NCBI RefSeq assembly: GCF_009914755.1
Contig: NC_060942.1
Strand: one strand, 5' to 3'
Source: the human T2T-CHM13v2.0 reference genome, Homo sapiens
DNA: 64,000 nucleotides
Shown piece by piece: positions 1-11,860 of this stretch (positions are counted from its first letter, which is position 1; the number at the start of each line of letters is the position of its first letter). A program made the position numbers and the translations under genes. The notes beneath the pieces were generated by a model, which saw only the letters and a program-made list of their open reading frames with translations, was not told the DNA's origin and made no database searches.

Positions 1-824
1 TATCTATAGAAACACATAATTATAATAAAATATTTGTAAATACTTTGTCACCAATTTTAATGTCTTGAATATTATATTTTTGACTAGAACATTCAAAATA
101 TTTATGAGAAGAAAGGCTAAATGTAAAATGATGTATTTAAATAATCATATATCAATAATATATATATATATATACCTACATTCTTATTTTTCTAGTAATA
201 TTTAACCTCCTTGTAAGGCTCTGACCATTGAAAGATATACTTTCTATCCTAACACTATTTGTATTTGTTCAATTTTCTAAAAGATCTCCCAAGTCTAAGT
301 TCACAGTGATTGATATGTTTTTGAACTTTGTCACTAAGTAATAAAAGGCAAATCGTTCATATTAAAGAGTTAATGAATGAGGTTCTTAACTGTGAAAAGT
401 TGATAGTTCTACACTGAAATAAATTTTGCGAACTCGAAGGAAAACAGTCTCTCAAGATTTGTTTTATTACTGTTTTTTTTTTTTAAAGAGGGTTAGGTTA
501 TCGTTGCACTAACAAATTATTGGACTTCTTTATTAAATATTATTTTAAAATCTTCAGTGAATGAGGACAGAGTAACTGGAGTCATTTCATCTTCTGGCTT
601 GAACAATGTAATCTGCTTTGAAACACAAAAGGTTTCAGTCCTACCGAAGGAATTCCAGCACTTATGCGTCAACATTCTTCAAGCTGAAAGCACGTTTTAA
701 CTAACTTGACAGTGGATAAAGAAGGAAATTTCTACAGTGATTTCCTAGGTATATTCTATGTTACAAATCAGAATTTATTTCGGTCCTAATTAAGGACATC
801 TTTGCTGTTGCTGTCTTCACTCAC

Positions 825-884
825 AGCGTCTACACTAAGTTCCTGCCGGCGGCGGTCCAGTCGATCTCTGAATGTTGAATTTTC
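825..884 (-). other. Candidate 60-nt spliced exon (lncRNA or small ORF)
   Basis: Minus strand reads ctgacactaaaatgggtttctag|GAAAAT...GACGCT|gtgagt. Consensus donor, weak pyrimidine tract, local CpG cluster in AT-rich flanks. Only phase 0 is open (ENSTFRDRLDRRRQELSVDA). No transcript evidence. Confidence 0.35.
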
Positions 885-1213
885 CTAGAAACCCATTTTA
901 GTGTCAGTTTAGGAGCAGCTGACGTGTTCACAATTTTAAGCTTCTACTGTTTTCATTCAATAAATTGTTAACATTATCCACACACACAGAGTAAACACCT
1001 GAAAGCACTAAAATGCTGCCCTTCTCCTGTTCTGTTACATACAGGGAAAGCTTTTAATGTCTCGAGTATTTTCTTTGTTGAAGGCAAGGAGTGTGAACAC
1101 GCAAATGGGAGTGGGTGTACATGGTAGGATCCTTGGATTTAAAATATCCCTTTTATGTCAGAAATTCACTGAGTCTTTCTGAAAACACATCAGCCAGGCC
1201 TGTGTAGTGATCT

Positions 1214-1232
1214 CTACCATCTGGTGGCAGCA
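1214..1232 (-). promoter_or_regulatory. CTCF-like motif / CAGATG E-box
   Basis: Minus strand TGCTGCCACCAGATGGTAG resembles the CTCF core CCACCAGRKGGC. Motif match only. Confidence 0.25.
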
Positions 1233-2334
1233 TTGCACCGGTGTAGACCGCTGGAACGGCACCTTCCTTTGGAGACGGCAGAAATTAAAGTCCGTGTGGT
1301 TTTCTCAGGAAGCATCATTGTACATACACGATGGCTCCCAGAAAATTGCACAGTTACGTCTATGACATATTCCATAACACTTATTTAATCATCAAAACAG
1401 GACTTAATGTAGGGGTCTAATTTCTGTTAGCCTAAGTAGGCAGCAGGTAAGTTATGCTATTCAATAAAAATCACAATTTTATGAAATTCTATTTATACTC
1501 ATATCTTAATTTTCATATTTCAAATATCCAGTAAGTGTTCAGCCAGGATAAAAATCCAGCATTTGTTATATCATTATCGCTGAGTAACTAAGCTAACATA
1601 ACCCACATTTGTTTTCAATCATATCAGAGTTGCGTTCTTGAAATCCTCAACCTAATTTTTAGTGTTCGACAAAAATAATATATATTCTTTGGGAAGTAGT
1701 TCTATATGAAAGAATTTTTCAAAAATTATGTTCATAAAAATTCAAAGATGTATGTGCTACAAATAAAAGTTCCTTGAAAAAGAGACATGTTTTTGGTTAA
1801 AATATGCTCTATACCTAAATAAAGTAAGTGGAAAAATATAGATCTAAAATTGTTCTTTAATGCAGAGTATGTGTTTCTTAGACCCAATTGAGGGAAAGAT
1901 AGCTACTATTAAAATAGTCACCTAAATATATTACTGTGATATATTTTAACTGTGCACATTACTTTTGAATTTTAATTGTGTTTTAAATTTTTATGTATTC
2001 AAATATTTAAATTTCAAAGTTTTGCACTATTATTAATTAAATCCAAGTAGAAATTATTTTTCACCTAAAGCAAACTGACCAGTCAGATGATATTGATGTA
2101 AGATAGGTCAGTTGCCCAGGTGGCGTGTCTCATAAAAGGCAGAGCCTCCCAGCACACGTCCGTTTCCTCGCAGGCCTCACACTGGGAAAGGTGGTCGCCA
2201 TGGTGCTCCCGGCAGCAGCCCTCTTGCTCCCCTGGCCTCCTTCCTTCTAACTTCTACGTATCTATCGGTGCCATCAGTTCCTTGATACACGGGAAATGGA
2301 GAAGCAAACAATTTTAAAGCAAAATATCTCAAAC

Positions 2335-2457
2335 CTTCCTTGGAACAGACTGAATGACAGTAAAGAACATTATAAAGGAAGTCAGGAGAGCCCCAAAACC
2401 TTCCAGTGTTCTGACCTCTGGAATATCGTATTTTTCATTCTGTCCCAATGATCGCAT
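2335..2457 (-). other. Candidate exon (42 or 123 nt depending on donor)
   Basis: Acceptor atgtccttttcag|ATG at 2457. Possible donors GAG|gtcaga (end 2416) or AAG|gtttga (end 2335), both phase 0 and both weak. Confidence 0.2.
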
Positions 2458-2769
2458 CTGAAAAGGACATTTATTCCTGGATTCACTACTCCTTTCAAAG
2501 ATACATACCAGGCACCATAGTTTTACCAGATGCAATTACAGTCAAGATGGAATATGTTTTGGCTCCTAAAAATTATAGGTCCTAGATTTACTTACTGGAG
2601 CTTAATGAAAAAAAAAAAAAGGCTCTAACTAAACAAAATAATTTCAATAGTAACAAAGTGAATTCTTATGTGGTTGATCTGTATAAAAATGCAGCTTTTT
2701 TAACCAAAAGAGAAGTTAATGGTTAAACGTGCAGAAGAATCGCAGCCAATGCAGAAGTGAGTATGGGTT

Positions 2770-2850
2770 TTGTTACTGTTGCTTTAATCCTTGGAGCCTA
2801 ACACAGCGCCTGGTGTACAGAAAAGGAGCAACAGATATGGATAGAAAAGT
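2770..2850 (+). mobile_element. L2 3'-end relic
   Basis: agcctaacacagcgcctggtgtacag resembles the L2 3' terminus (gcctagcacagtgcctggcacatag). Confidence 0.5.
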
Positions 2851-2999
2851 GAGAGCAAGGGGCACACATGCCATCAGGCTCTTCTTCAGACTCTTTGCCT
2901 CATAACTACTCCTATACCTGTAGTTTGCAAAGGCATATTCTTTAGCCCGTGTGCAAAATAAAAACTAAAAATAAAAATTGTGTTCATGTCCTGAGAATA

Positions 3000-3250
3000 A
3001 TAAATTATATGTATAATACACTATATATACACATATACATGCATAGATACATGTCAGCCTATCAACATGTACTTAACTATATGTAACAGATTGTACATAT
3101 AGTATTTATACATGTTTACAGGCACACAGGTATATCCATACAAATCCATACACACACACACACACGCATTTACATATGAACAATACGTAACACATGTTTT
3201 ATATATACAACTCAGAGTGTATCATATAATATATCATAATAATATATTAA
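3000..3250. repeat. AT/CA-rich low-complexity tract with (CA)n
   Basis: tatatac/catat runs and a (CA)n run at about 3149-3166. Confidence 0.6.
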
Positions 3251-3304
3251 GGAAGAGGAACATGGCAACGTGAGATTTGAAATATTTGAAGAAATAGTGT
3301 GGAG

Positions 3305-3425
3305 ATTATTTATTCATTTATTCCACAAGCCTCCTTTCCATGTCTACCATTTTCTGGTCTTGGTGTTAGAAGCTTAGGGATAAAGCAATAAACAAACACT
3401 GACCCTGAACTCATGAAGCTGAACA
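3305..3425 (-). mobile_element. L2 3'-end relic
   Basis: attcatttattcc...gggataaagcaataaacaaac...ccctgaactcatgaagct matches the reverse complement of the L2 tail. Confidence 0.5.
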
Positions 3426-4549
3426 AAAACAAATAAAAATCCAATAATTTCACACATAATGTTTATGTTCTGTTTTTATAAGTACTATATTTAATAGATG
3501 TAAGAATCCTTTCATATCAGTAGTATATTGGGAATAGAAGTAGGTCTGGGCAATTGGTTTTCTTTGTTAAATACTCTGAGCTCAATTTTCATGAAGAGGC
3601 CCCGAATAAGCTCAGTGGGAGAAGGTGAGGCCTGTCATGACACTAACAAGTGCAATCTTAGCTTTTCTATGTATATGACACAGTATCTGGATAAAATTTT
3701 AAAATTTCAGTCAATGAATCTAATGCCTTAAATTACCAAAACATTTGGTTGAGTAGAGATTGCAAGGAGTACCTTGACTGCATTGTTTTGTTTTATATAG
3801 GCATTTCACATTTTGCTGTTAAAACTACTTATTTATAAAATAAGTTGAACAATCTTATTTCATTAAATCTACGATATGCTTGCTCTTTGCCTAATTAAAT
3901 TCTTTTTCTTATGTTTTCTTTTTTAATCTCCTTTCATTCTACCCATGTCGCCCAGAGTAAAGACTCTATGCATTAGATAGGACATTTGGGGGCTTAATCT
4001 TCACAAAGTATTTAGCATTAAAATCATGTCGCCCTGAATTCTAAATTATTTTTATCTTCCCTGACATTACAAATTCCCTTTTGAGAAGTATTTTTTGGCA
4101 GTGTCTTGTTCCTCATGTCCAGATCCTTAATTGCATGACCATCAGGAAGGTGATATACAGTCTATTTAAAGATCACATGTTGCTGTAAATCTCTGGCACA
4201 GTGACGTGGTTTATAAGGCAAATTACAACTCTATCGGACTCCTTTAAAGCGATTAAGATTGTTCTTTTTGTTGACTGTTTTTGGTCACAGTAGGCAATGT
4301 TTTTTTTTAAAGGTTACTTTTGATAAAAGGTAAGATGCAATGACAAAAGGTTTCTAAGATTAAGACAAACACATTTTCCTGTGATTTTGGTAAATTTACA
4401 TAGGAAATAAAAAGGTTCTAAAGGAGATTTTATCTGTAAATCGTGCTCTTGACATCTTGCATTCTATAAATAATGTGGAGCAAAATCAAAGAACTGACTC
4501 TCCTTGATATTTGTGCTCCCTAATGGGTTGAGCAATCTCTCTATCTCTA

Positions 4550-5525
4550 GTTATGATGATGTGGTCATGAGGATGTGGTAATGGTGCTGTGGTGTCATGG
4601 TCCTGGTGGCATCGCTGTGGTGGCATGGCTGTGGTGTCATGGTCCTGGTGGCATCGCTGTGGTGGCATGGCTGTGATGGCTTGGTCTGGGTGGCATCGCT
4701 GTGGTGGCATGGCTGTGGTGTCATGGTCCTGGTGGCATTGGTGTGGGGGCATGGCTGTGGTGTCATGGTCCTGGTGGCATTGCTGTGGTGGTGTGGCTGT
4801 GGTGTCATGGTCCTGGTGGCATTGGTGTGGGGGCATGGCTGTGGTGTCATGGTCCTGGTGGCATTGCTGTGGTGGCATGGCTGTGGTGTCATGGTCCTGG
4901 TGGCATCGCTGTGGTGGCATGGCTGTGGTGTCATGGTCCTCGTGGCATTGGTGTGGTGGCATGGCTGTGATGGCTTGGTCCTGGTGGCATCGCTGTGGTG
5001 GCATGGCTGTGATGGCTTGGTCCTGGTGGCATTGCTGTGGTGGCATGGCTATGATGGCTTGGTCCTGGTGGCATCGGTGTGATGGCATGGCTGAGATGGC
5101 TTGGTCCTGGTGGCATCGCTATGGTGGCATCCCTATTATGTCATGGTCCTGGTGGCATAGCTGTGGTGGCATGGCTGTGGTGTCATGGTCCTGGTGGCAT
5201 TGGTGTGGTTGCATGGCTGTGATGGCTTGGTCCTGATGGCATCAGTGTGGTGGCATGGCTGTGATGGCTTGGTCTTGGTGGCATCACTGTGGTGGCATGG
5301 CTGAGATGGCTTGGTCCTGGTGGCATCACTGTGGTTGATCCCTGTGATGTCAATGTCCTGGTGGCATAGCTGCGGTGGCATGGCTGTGATGTCATGGTCC
5401 TGGTGGCATCGCTGTGGTGGCATGGCTGTGATGGAATGGCCATGGTGGAATGGTTTTGGTGGCATAATCCTGATGGCGTGGTCATGGTGGCATTGTCTGG
5501 TGATGTGGTCATGATGGTGGGGTCA
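4550..5525. repeat. 42-bp minisatellite (VNTR-like), about 22-23 copies, built from 3 x 14-bp monomers
   Basis: Unit gtggtgtcatggtc-ctggtggcatcgct-gtggtggcatggct. Gives 14-aa periodic ORFs on both strands. Edges are degenerate. Confidence 0.97.
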
Positions 5526-7892
5526 TTTTACAGCCTGATCTCCATCTGCTACTCGCCTCTTTAACCTGCCTTGTTAATTGCTAATAATACAGGCCTGATT
5601 TTTCTCAAATGCACATTTTACTGCCCCTGAAAAACCCTAGGCATACTTATTTTTGCTCCCCTCAATGTTACTTTCTGTTCCATAAATCCATAAATGGACC
5701 AATCAGAATGCATATTCAGTATCTAGAACTGACAATTGTCTAGATGTGAACAACTAAGGTAACCCCTCGATTGTGTGTGAAATGTATTTACTATCGCTCT
5801 AATCTGTATTTGTCACAGTGTTCTCAGCTGGCATGGAGACCACAACAGGCATTCTGTAGGCCCGACAAACACACATTTGTTGCTTCCCAGACCTAAAATG
5901 TGTGTCAAGCTCAGTCATGAGACATAGGTAGAAACTGCTTTTTCTGGATTTCCCATAATTCTTCTCCATGACATCTTGGCATTTCTGGGTTATGTATATT
6001 TTAAAATCTGGACATTTCCACTGTTAGCTTATATCATACAGGAGATTTTACTTTATGTTGTTACCTATCTAAAAAATAATCCACCTGTTGGATTCTCTAT
6101 TTTTCTACTTTAAGACCAGAAAATTAATTTAATTAAAAATAGTTAGTTCTTTAAAAAACTCAAACAGTTAACATGTAATTTTTGTCAATAGATGTTTTAA
6201 AATCTGGCTTATGATCAAACCAATGAGATAATAGTTGCGATCTTAACAGTTAATAACTTTCAATATTCTGACTTCGAGAGAGAAGATTATAAGTCTAAGA
6301 TAACAGGTAAATTAATATTGTTTCTGTTCTATTTCATTTGATAGAAAAGGGTAGTGGGAGATGATTTTGGCTAGTTGATATGTTAATAATGACATGTATT
6401 TATTTTATAATATGTCTAGACAAAAAGCTATGAGTATGTAGTGTGACACTAAAACCTCAGTTCTTTTCCATTCATGATAACATGTTTTACAAAATTGCTT
6501 AATTTTTGTTAATTTTCCATTTCAACTCAAAATGAAAAATTCAATGATAATTGACCAGTTCAGTAAACAATAGGACGGGATTTCAGGACGTTGATCAATA
6601 CTTGAGAGTCCTCTCCATCAGTTTTCCTGGAACCCCTGTAGAATAACTAATACAATTAGATATTGATGGGATGTCACAAGCTTTTTATGATAGGCAAGGA
6701 ACTCCAGTATGCAACAGTATTTCCTCAGAGTGTGTGTGTAAGTGCACGCGTTTGCATTACAAGCTAAGACTTCTAGAAAAATAATACCTCATCTGGCCAT
6801 TTGCTAGCCTCAAATTCCAGTTTTCTCAGAATTTCACTCATTTCCTAGTCACATGGTTCAATAATATAATGAGCATTAGAATTATTGTAGCTTTGCTTTT
6901 CATGTTTACCCTCAATTCCCATTTTTCAGGAAAGGCAATTTGGTACCCTGATACAACCACAGGCACCTGTCCAACCCCTCTAAGGAGACTAAGTGTATTG
7001 GGGTCTTTTCTCTGATGATCTGTATGGTTCACTCCACAAGCTCAGATCCATTCTGGTCCTTAAGTGTCCATTCTGCACAGCTCAGTTTTCTTTTTTTTAA
7101 TGTAATATGTCTAAAACTATCGGAGACTCTAACAACTTTAGAAACACACCAGGTTTTCTATGCAGCCTAGGGCTTCCAATTGCAAATATTCAATGAATAA
7201 TAGGAAAATTTGAGCCTCGCTGAAGGCACATGTCAATATTCTGTGCATCTTGATCGAATGCATTATTGTCTCTTTAGCTGCATGTGTCAGCCGGCTATCT
7301 AGAAAGATGGAAACAACTGAGTCCCTGTAGCCAGAGCTTCTTAATGGTCCACGCAAATATGCTTAAGTTTATTTCCTTCATAACTCTTTGAAAAGCTTCT
7401 CACCACTCCTTCTGTAAAAAATTGAATACACATAAAACAAACTTCATGTTCACTAAAGTGCATTGAGTTTGAAAGCCAGCAGTGATTTGATTAATGTAGA
7501 TTGAAAATGAAAATAAGTGTATATATTTTCATACTTAGAAATTTAGAATTCAAGATACTTTCAAGAGAAAAAGAATTCCCGTGTACCTGGTGTCCAGTCT
7601 CAAATACCTCAAGTAAGGTTTGCAGCTGACTAACCCCGCCTTCCATAGGTGTGTCTGCGTGGACGTGAAAGTAGCGTTACCTTTGTGGGGTCTCTCAGCA
7701 GGCTGCTGCACATTCGTTTCCAAAGCTAGCATCACCAGAACTGAAGTCCCAGCAAGGACATACCTCATGACTTTGTGGATGTTAACCACAACCTTACGGT
7801 GGCAGCATGCATGCACACTGCATTTCTTAGGGTTTTGCACACAACTTTTTATCTCAGCTACAGTCATACATAAGCATCTTACACAGAAGCAG

Positions 7893-8550
7893 TGTCTGAG
7901 TCCAATCAGGAGATGACTCATGCAGTAATTTGCATGGAGAAATTTACCATAAAGAAAGGGAGGAGCAAGCGAATGGAAAGAAAGATAGCCGGAAGGGGTA
8001 TGGCCGTAGCAGATGTGGGGAGCAGCCATGGCCCCTAGGACTGAGGTGGACATTGGAGAGTGGCTCCCTAGAGCAGGATTGGGCACTGTGGAGAGGGGTA
8101 GTGAGTCTTGCTGAATGGCAGGGAAGTCCCTGTGCTGGAGGAGCTTGCCAGAAACTCACCCTGCAGACACTGAGGGACACCTGCCCTGAGGGACGTGCTG
8201 GAAAGCTATATCCTCTACAACTAGCTGGAAATCTACCACGTGATGCTCTGTGGCAGAGGACAGCTGAGGCGAAGGTGTCTCTGGAGGGGTCCCCTGCAAA
8301 GCCACCCCAAGGAGCTGCACATGGCCGCATGCTGGCGACACTGCCTGTGAGAGAGGAGCCGTGGAGGGGAGGGCAGGAAAGCAGGAAGGAAAAACTTCTC
8401 CCTGAGGTATCTTTTCCACACCCTCTTCTGACAAAGCTTGACACTGCATGGCTGGCAAAGAAAGATTGGTTAAGGGGCCCAGTTCCATTCACACCGAGTG
8501 GCCAATGAAAGTGGATTTGGAGCAGAGATGCAATCAACCCATCATCAGTG
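7893..8550 (-). mobile_element. Ancient LTR relic (LTR78/LTR79-like, family uncertain)
   Basis: Ends gagtccaatcaggaga... and ...ctgacaaagcttgacactg...ctggcaaaggaag...gtggatttggagcagagatgcaat resemble remembered ancient LTR consensus ends. Confidence 0.45.
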
Positions 8551-9414
8551 CTAAACTAAATGCAAATGCTTATCATTTTTCATCTCCAATCTTTTACTCA
8601 TAACGGCATTTATGTTTTCTGGTAACAAACACGGAGCATGCCCTTACGACGTGCCCTGCACCCAGGACAAAGATGTGCAGCCAGGCTCATGCCCTCTGCA
8701 GCTCACGGTCTGCACAGGGCAACAGACGCCGAGCATGCAACCCCCCACCCTCATAGAGAAGTGCCGATTATGGGAAATGAGGGGTATTAGCACAGAGAGA
8801 CAGGAAAGGTTTCTATGAGAGTGACATTTAAGCTGGGACTGGAAGAATCAATAGGATATAAGCACGCATGGAGAGGGAGAAAAAGCCACAGAAATAGCGT
8901 GAACAGCTGCCCAGAGTCAAGGACGGGTTGGTGGTTTCTGAGAACTGAAAGTTGGGCAGGTCAGGCAGGCTTTCTGTGATGGGATTGTGTAGCCAGACCA
9001 GGCCAGGACCGGCAGGGGCAGTAGGTCCTGTGTCCCTGTTGTCCAGCATGGCGCCTGCAGGTAGAAGCCCGTAGCACTTGTCACAGTAGGTGGTGTTTCC
9101 AACTCTTCACTCCTGGCTCACCCCAAGTATCCTTAGGCTGCTATGCTGAAGATCTAGAAAGGAGGCAAGAGTGAAATACTGCATTGAATACCACAAATAC
9201 CACATTTAATTTTGTCTTCTTCTATCTGTTTGGTGTGTTCTTCTATTACCAGTTGCCTTAGTTTATTTATTATTTGCCTGTGACATCATCCTGAGTTGGG
9301 TCAGCTCTTCTTCTATGTAGAAGAGAACAGAGGATCTATCCTTAGCACTTTGGGTCACTGTGTTTGGGATTAAGGCTGGAGTATGGTTGGTGGTGATTGC
9401 TAGGGGGTTACAGA

Positions 9415-10202
9415 ATATTATATATCTATATACATATATATAGGTATATAGATATGTACATACATCTATAGGTATAGATATATACATATCTATATATCTA
9501 GATATATAGATATGTACATATATACATATATACGTATATACATATATGTATACATATATACATATATACGTATATACATATATGTATACATATATACATA
9601 AATGTATACATGTATATACATTATATACATATATATACATATATACATACATACATATACATACATACATATACATATATACATAATATACATATAAATG
9701 TGTATATACATATATACATACATATACATATACACATATATATGTATATATGTATCTATATGTATCTATATGTATATATGCATATATATGTATCTATATA
9801 TACATATATACATATGTATACATATGTATATATATAGATATGTACATATCTATATACCTATATATGTACACATATATACGTGTATATATATGTGTATATA
9901 TATAGGCTATATATATGTGCATGTATACGTGTATGTATGTGTATATATATATATGTATGTGTATGTGTATATATATATATGTATATAGACACAGGACCTA
10001 CTGCCCCTGCCCGTCCTGGCCTGGTCTGGCTACACAATCCCATCACAGAAAGCCTGTGTGTGTGTGTGTGTCTGCGTGTGTGTGTATATATACACACGTA
10101 TATATACATATATGTATATACATACACGTAGATACACATATATATGTGTGTATATACATATATACACACATATATATGTATATACACACACACACACATA
10201 TA
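9415..10202. repeat. Complex (TA)/(TATACA)/(TATATG)/(TG) simple-repeat array
   Basis: About 790 bp of alternating purine-pyrimidine repeats, interrupted by 69 bp of unique sequence at 9988-10056. Confidence 0.95.
9988..10056 (-). repeat. 69-bp inverted copy of 8966-9034
   Basis: gacacaggacc...cagaaagcctg is the reverse complement of 8966-9034 with 1 mismatch (68/69). Confidence 0.97.
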
Positions 10203-10274
10203 ACAATATCAACCAGTCCCACTTGTTAGATAAAGGTAACTTTTGGATTTTCACGGCAAACATGTTCATCATCC

Positions 10275-10577
10275 AGCCAGGTGTGATGGCTCATGTTTGT
10301 AATCCCAGCACTTTGGGAGGCCGAAGCAGGCAGATCAGTTGAACCCAGGAATTTGAGACCAGCCCAGGCAACATAGCTTAACCCTGCATCTACAAAAAAT
10401 GCAAAAATTAGCCAGGCATGGTGGTGCATGTCTGTAGTTCCAGTTACTTGACAGGCTGAGGCAAGAGGATCACCTGAGCCCAGGAAAGTCAAGGCTGTCA
10501 TGAGCCTAGATCTGCCATTGCACCCCAGCATGGGCAACAGTGCGAGACCCGGCCTCAAAAGAAAAAAAAGGAAAAAA
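10275..10577 (+). mobile_element. AluJ
   Basis: Full dimer with J-type features (gaacccagga, gaggatcacctgagcccagga, caaggctg). Heavily CpG-decayed with a degenerate A tail. Confidence 0.92.
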
Positions 10578-11841
10578 CCCTGCATCATGTCATTGTTGAC
10601 CTTTCCTTGGGAATCAGCATTAAAGTGCATTGTGTCTGTCTTGTGTTCACCACAGTGGAGCTCTAAATCAGCACGCTCAGGAATTTTCTGCAAGGACAGA
10701 AATGTTCTACATGAGCACTGTTCAGGACTACCTGGTGTCCAACACCACCTCCCAAATTAACACTCTGTACATGACTTAGATCTATTTAGTTCAGTGTATT
10801 CTCCAAGAGGGCATAATCCCCCAAAATGCTTGGGGTGGCTCCATTGATGTAACCAGCACAGAGTAACCACACACAGAATGAAATGCCACTGCTATCATGT
10901 TGGGGCCTCATATTATTTGAATCTGAGAATATAAAAAATTTTAGTGTATTTTCTTCAGAAGTAGCCATATCCTTATTCTTAACAATCATTCATTCAATAA
11001 CTATGCATATTGAGTATGTATTTTATTTTCTAAATTAGGATATGCCTTAACTTTTTATGTAAAGAAGATCTTTATAAATGTATTTGTGATTTTGAAAGAC
11101 AGAAACATGTATATCTACAGATAGTTAATAAAGTTACTTTTTAGTTATGGCTATGAAAACTATGCTGTGTTCTTAAAAGACAAAGAAATAGACAATTACT
11201 CTCTAACTGGGAAGAGATAAGAATATTGTCTTAATCTTTCAGCCCTGTGGAAATGGTGTGGTTGGGCTGTTGCAGTCTTTAGGGCTAGCCTGGACCTCTT
11301 TGATTGGACTTGGGTCTCCCTACCCTTGGAAACACTGGGGCCTGCACACTGGCATTGGTCATTTGTGTGTCTGCACTGGACATTTAAATCCAAACGTTCC
11401 TGTAAGATGTATTCTTCTTCCATATTTGAAATAGTGGAAAAACCTGGACAAGCTTTGCGTGCAAGTCTTGTAATTAGCTTCTTAAACAGGGTATTCTTCC
11501 CTTTGAATGAGCCCTGGAGACTTCATGTAACTGTTTCCACTGTGTTGATGACTGTCTGCGGTCACCATCGGGGAACAGCCCCCATGTCATCCATTTTGGT
11601 GTTCCCTGTTGGAAATCTGTTCAGGAAATGAGACTAAGAATTAGGAACCTGGGGTCTCCTTAAGCAAAAAGTAAGAATATCACTACCTATTCTAAGTACT
11701 CTCCAGAATTAAAATAACACATACCCATTTACTTCCCTTGTGCGTGGGGAGTCGTTGGGTTTACGGCACCCAGATCAGCAAGGCGAAGCCGTCTTCCTCT
11801 TCTGCACCACCAGGAAGACACTGTCCCCGAGCTCTGCAGGG

Positions 11842-11860
11842 AGGCCGCCAGACGGCGCAT
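11842..11860 (+). promoter_or_regulatory. CTCF-like motif in a small CpG-retaining patch
   Basis: aggCCGCCAGACGGCGCat versus consensus CCRCCAGRKGGCGC. Motif match only. Confidence 0.3.

Noticed and set aside
4486-5514. Cys/His/Trp-rich ORFs up to 215 aa (metal-binding or keratin-associated look)
   Set aside because: They are open on both strands and in several frames only because the 42-bp unit lacks stops. No promoter, splice or codon evidence.
4550-5525. CRISPR-like array
   Set aside because: Units are contiguous with no unique spacers, no cas genes are present, and the context is primate DNA. The same applies to the 45-bp repeat at 13561-13784.
7550-8537. Overlapping 178-197 aa ORFs
   Set aside because: They mostly overlie a GC-richer LTR-like relic, are open on both strands, use non-ATG starts and show no recognisable domain.
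9263-10342. Tyr/Ile/Met-rich ORFs
   Set aside because: Translations of the TA/CA/TG simple repeat.
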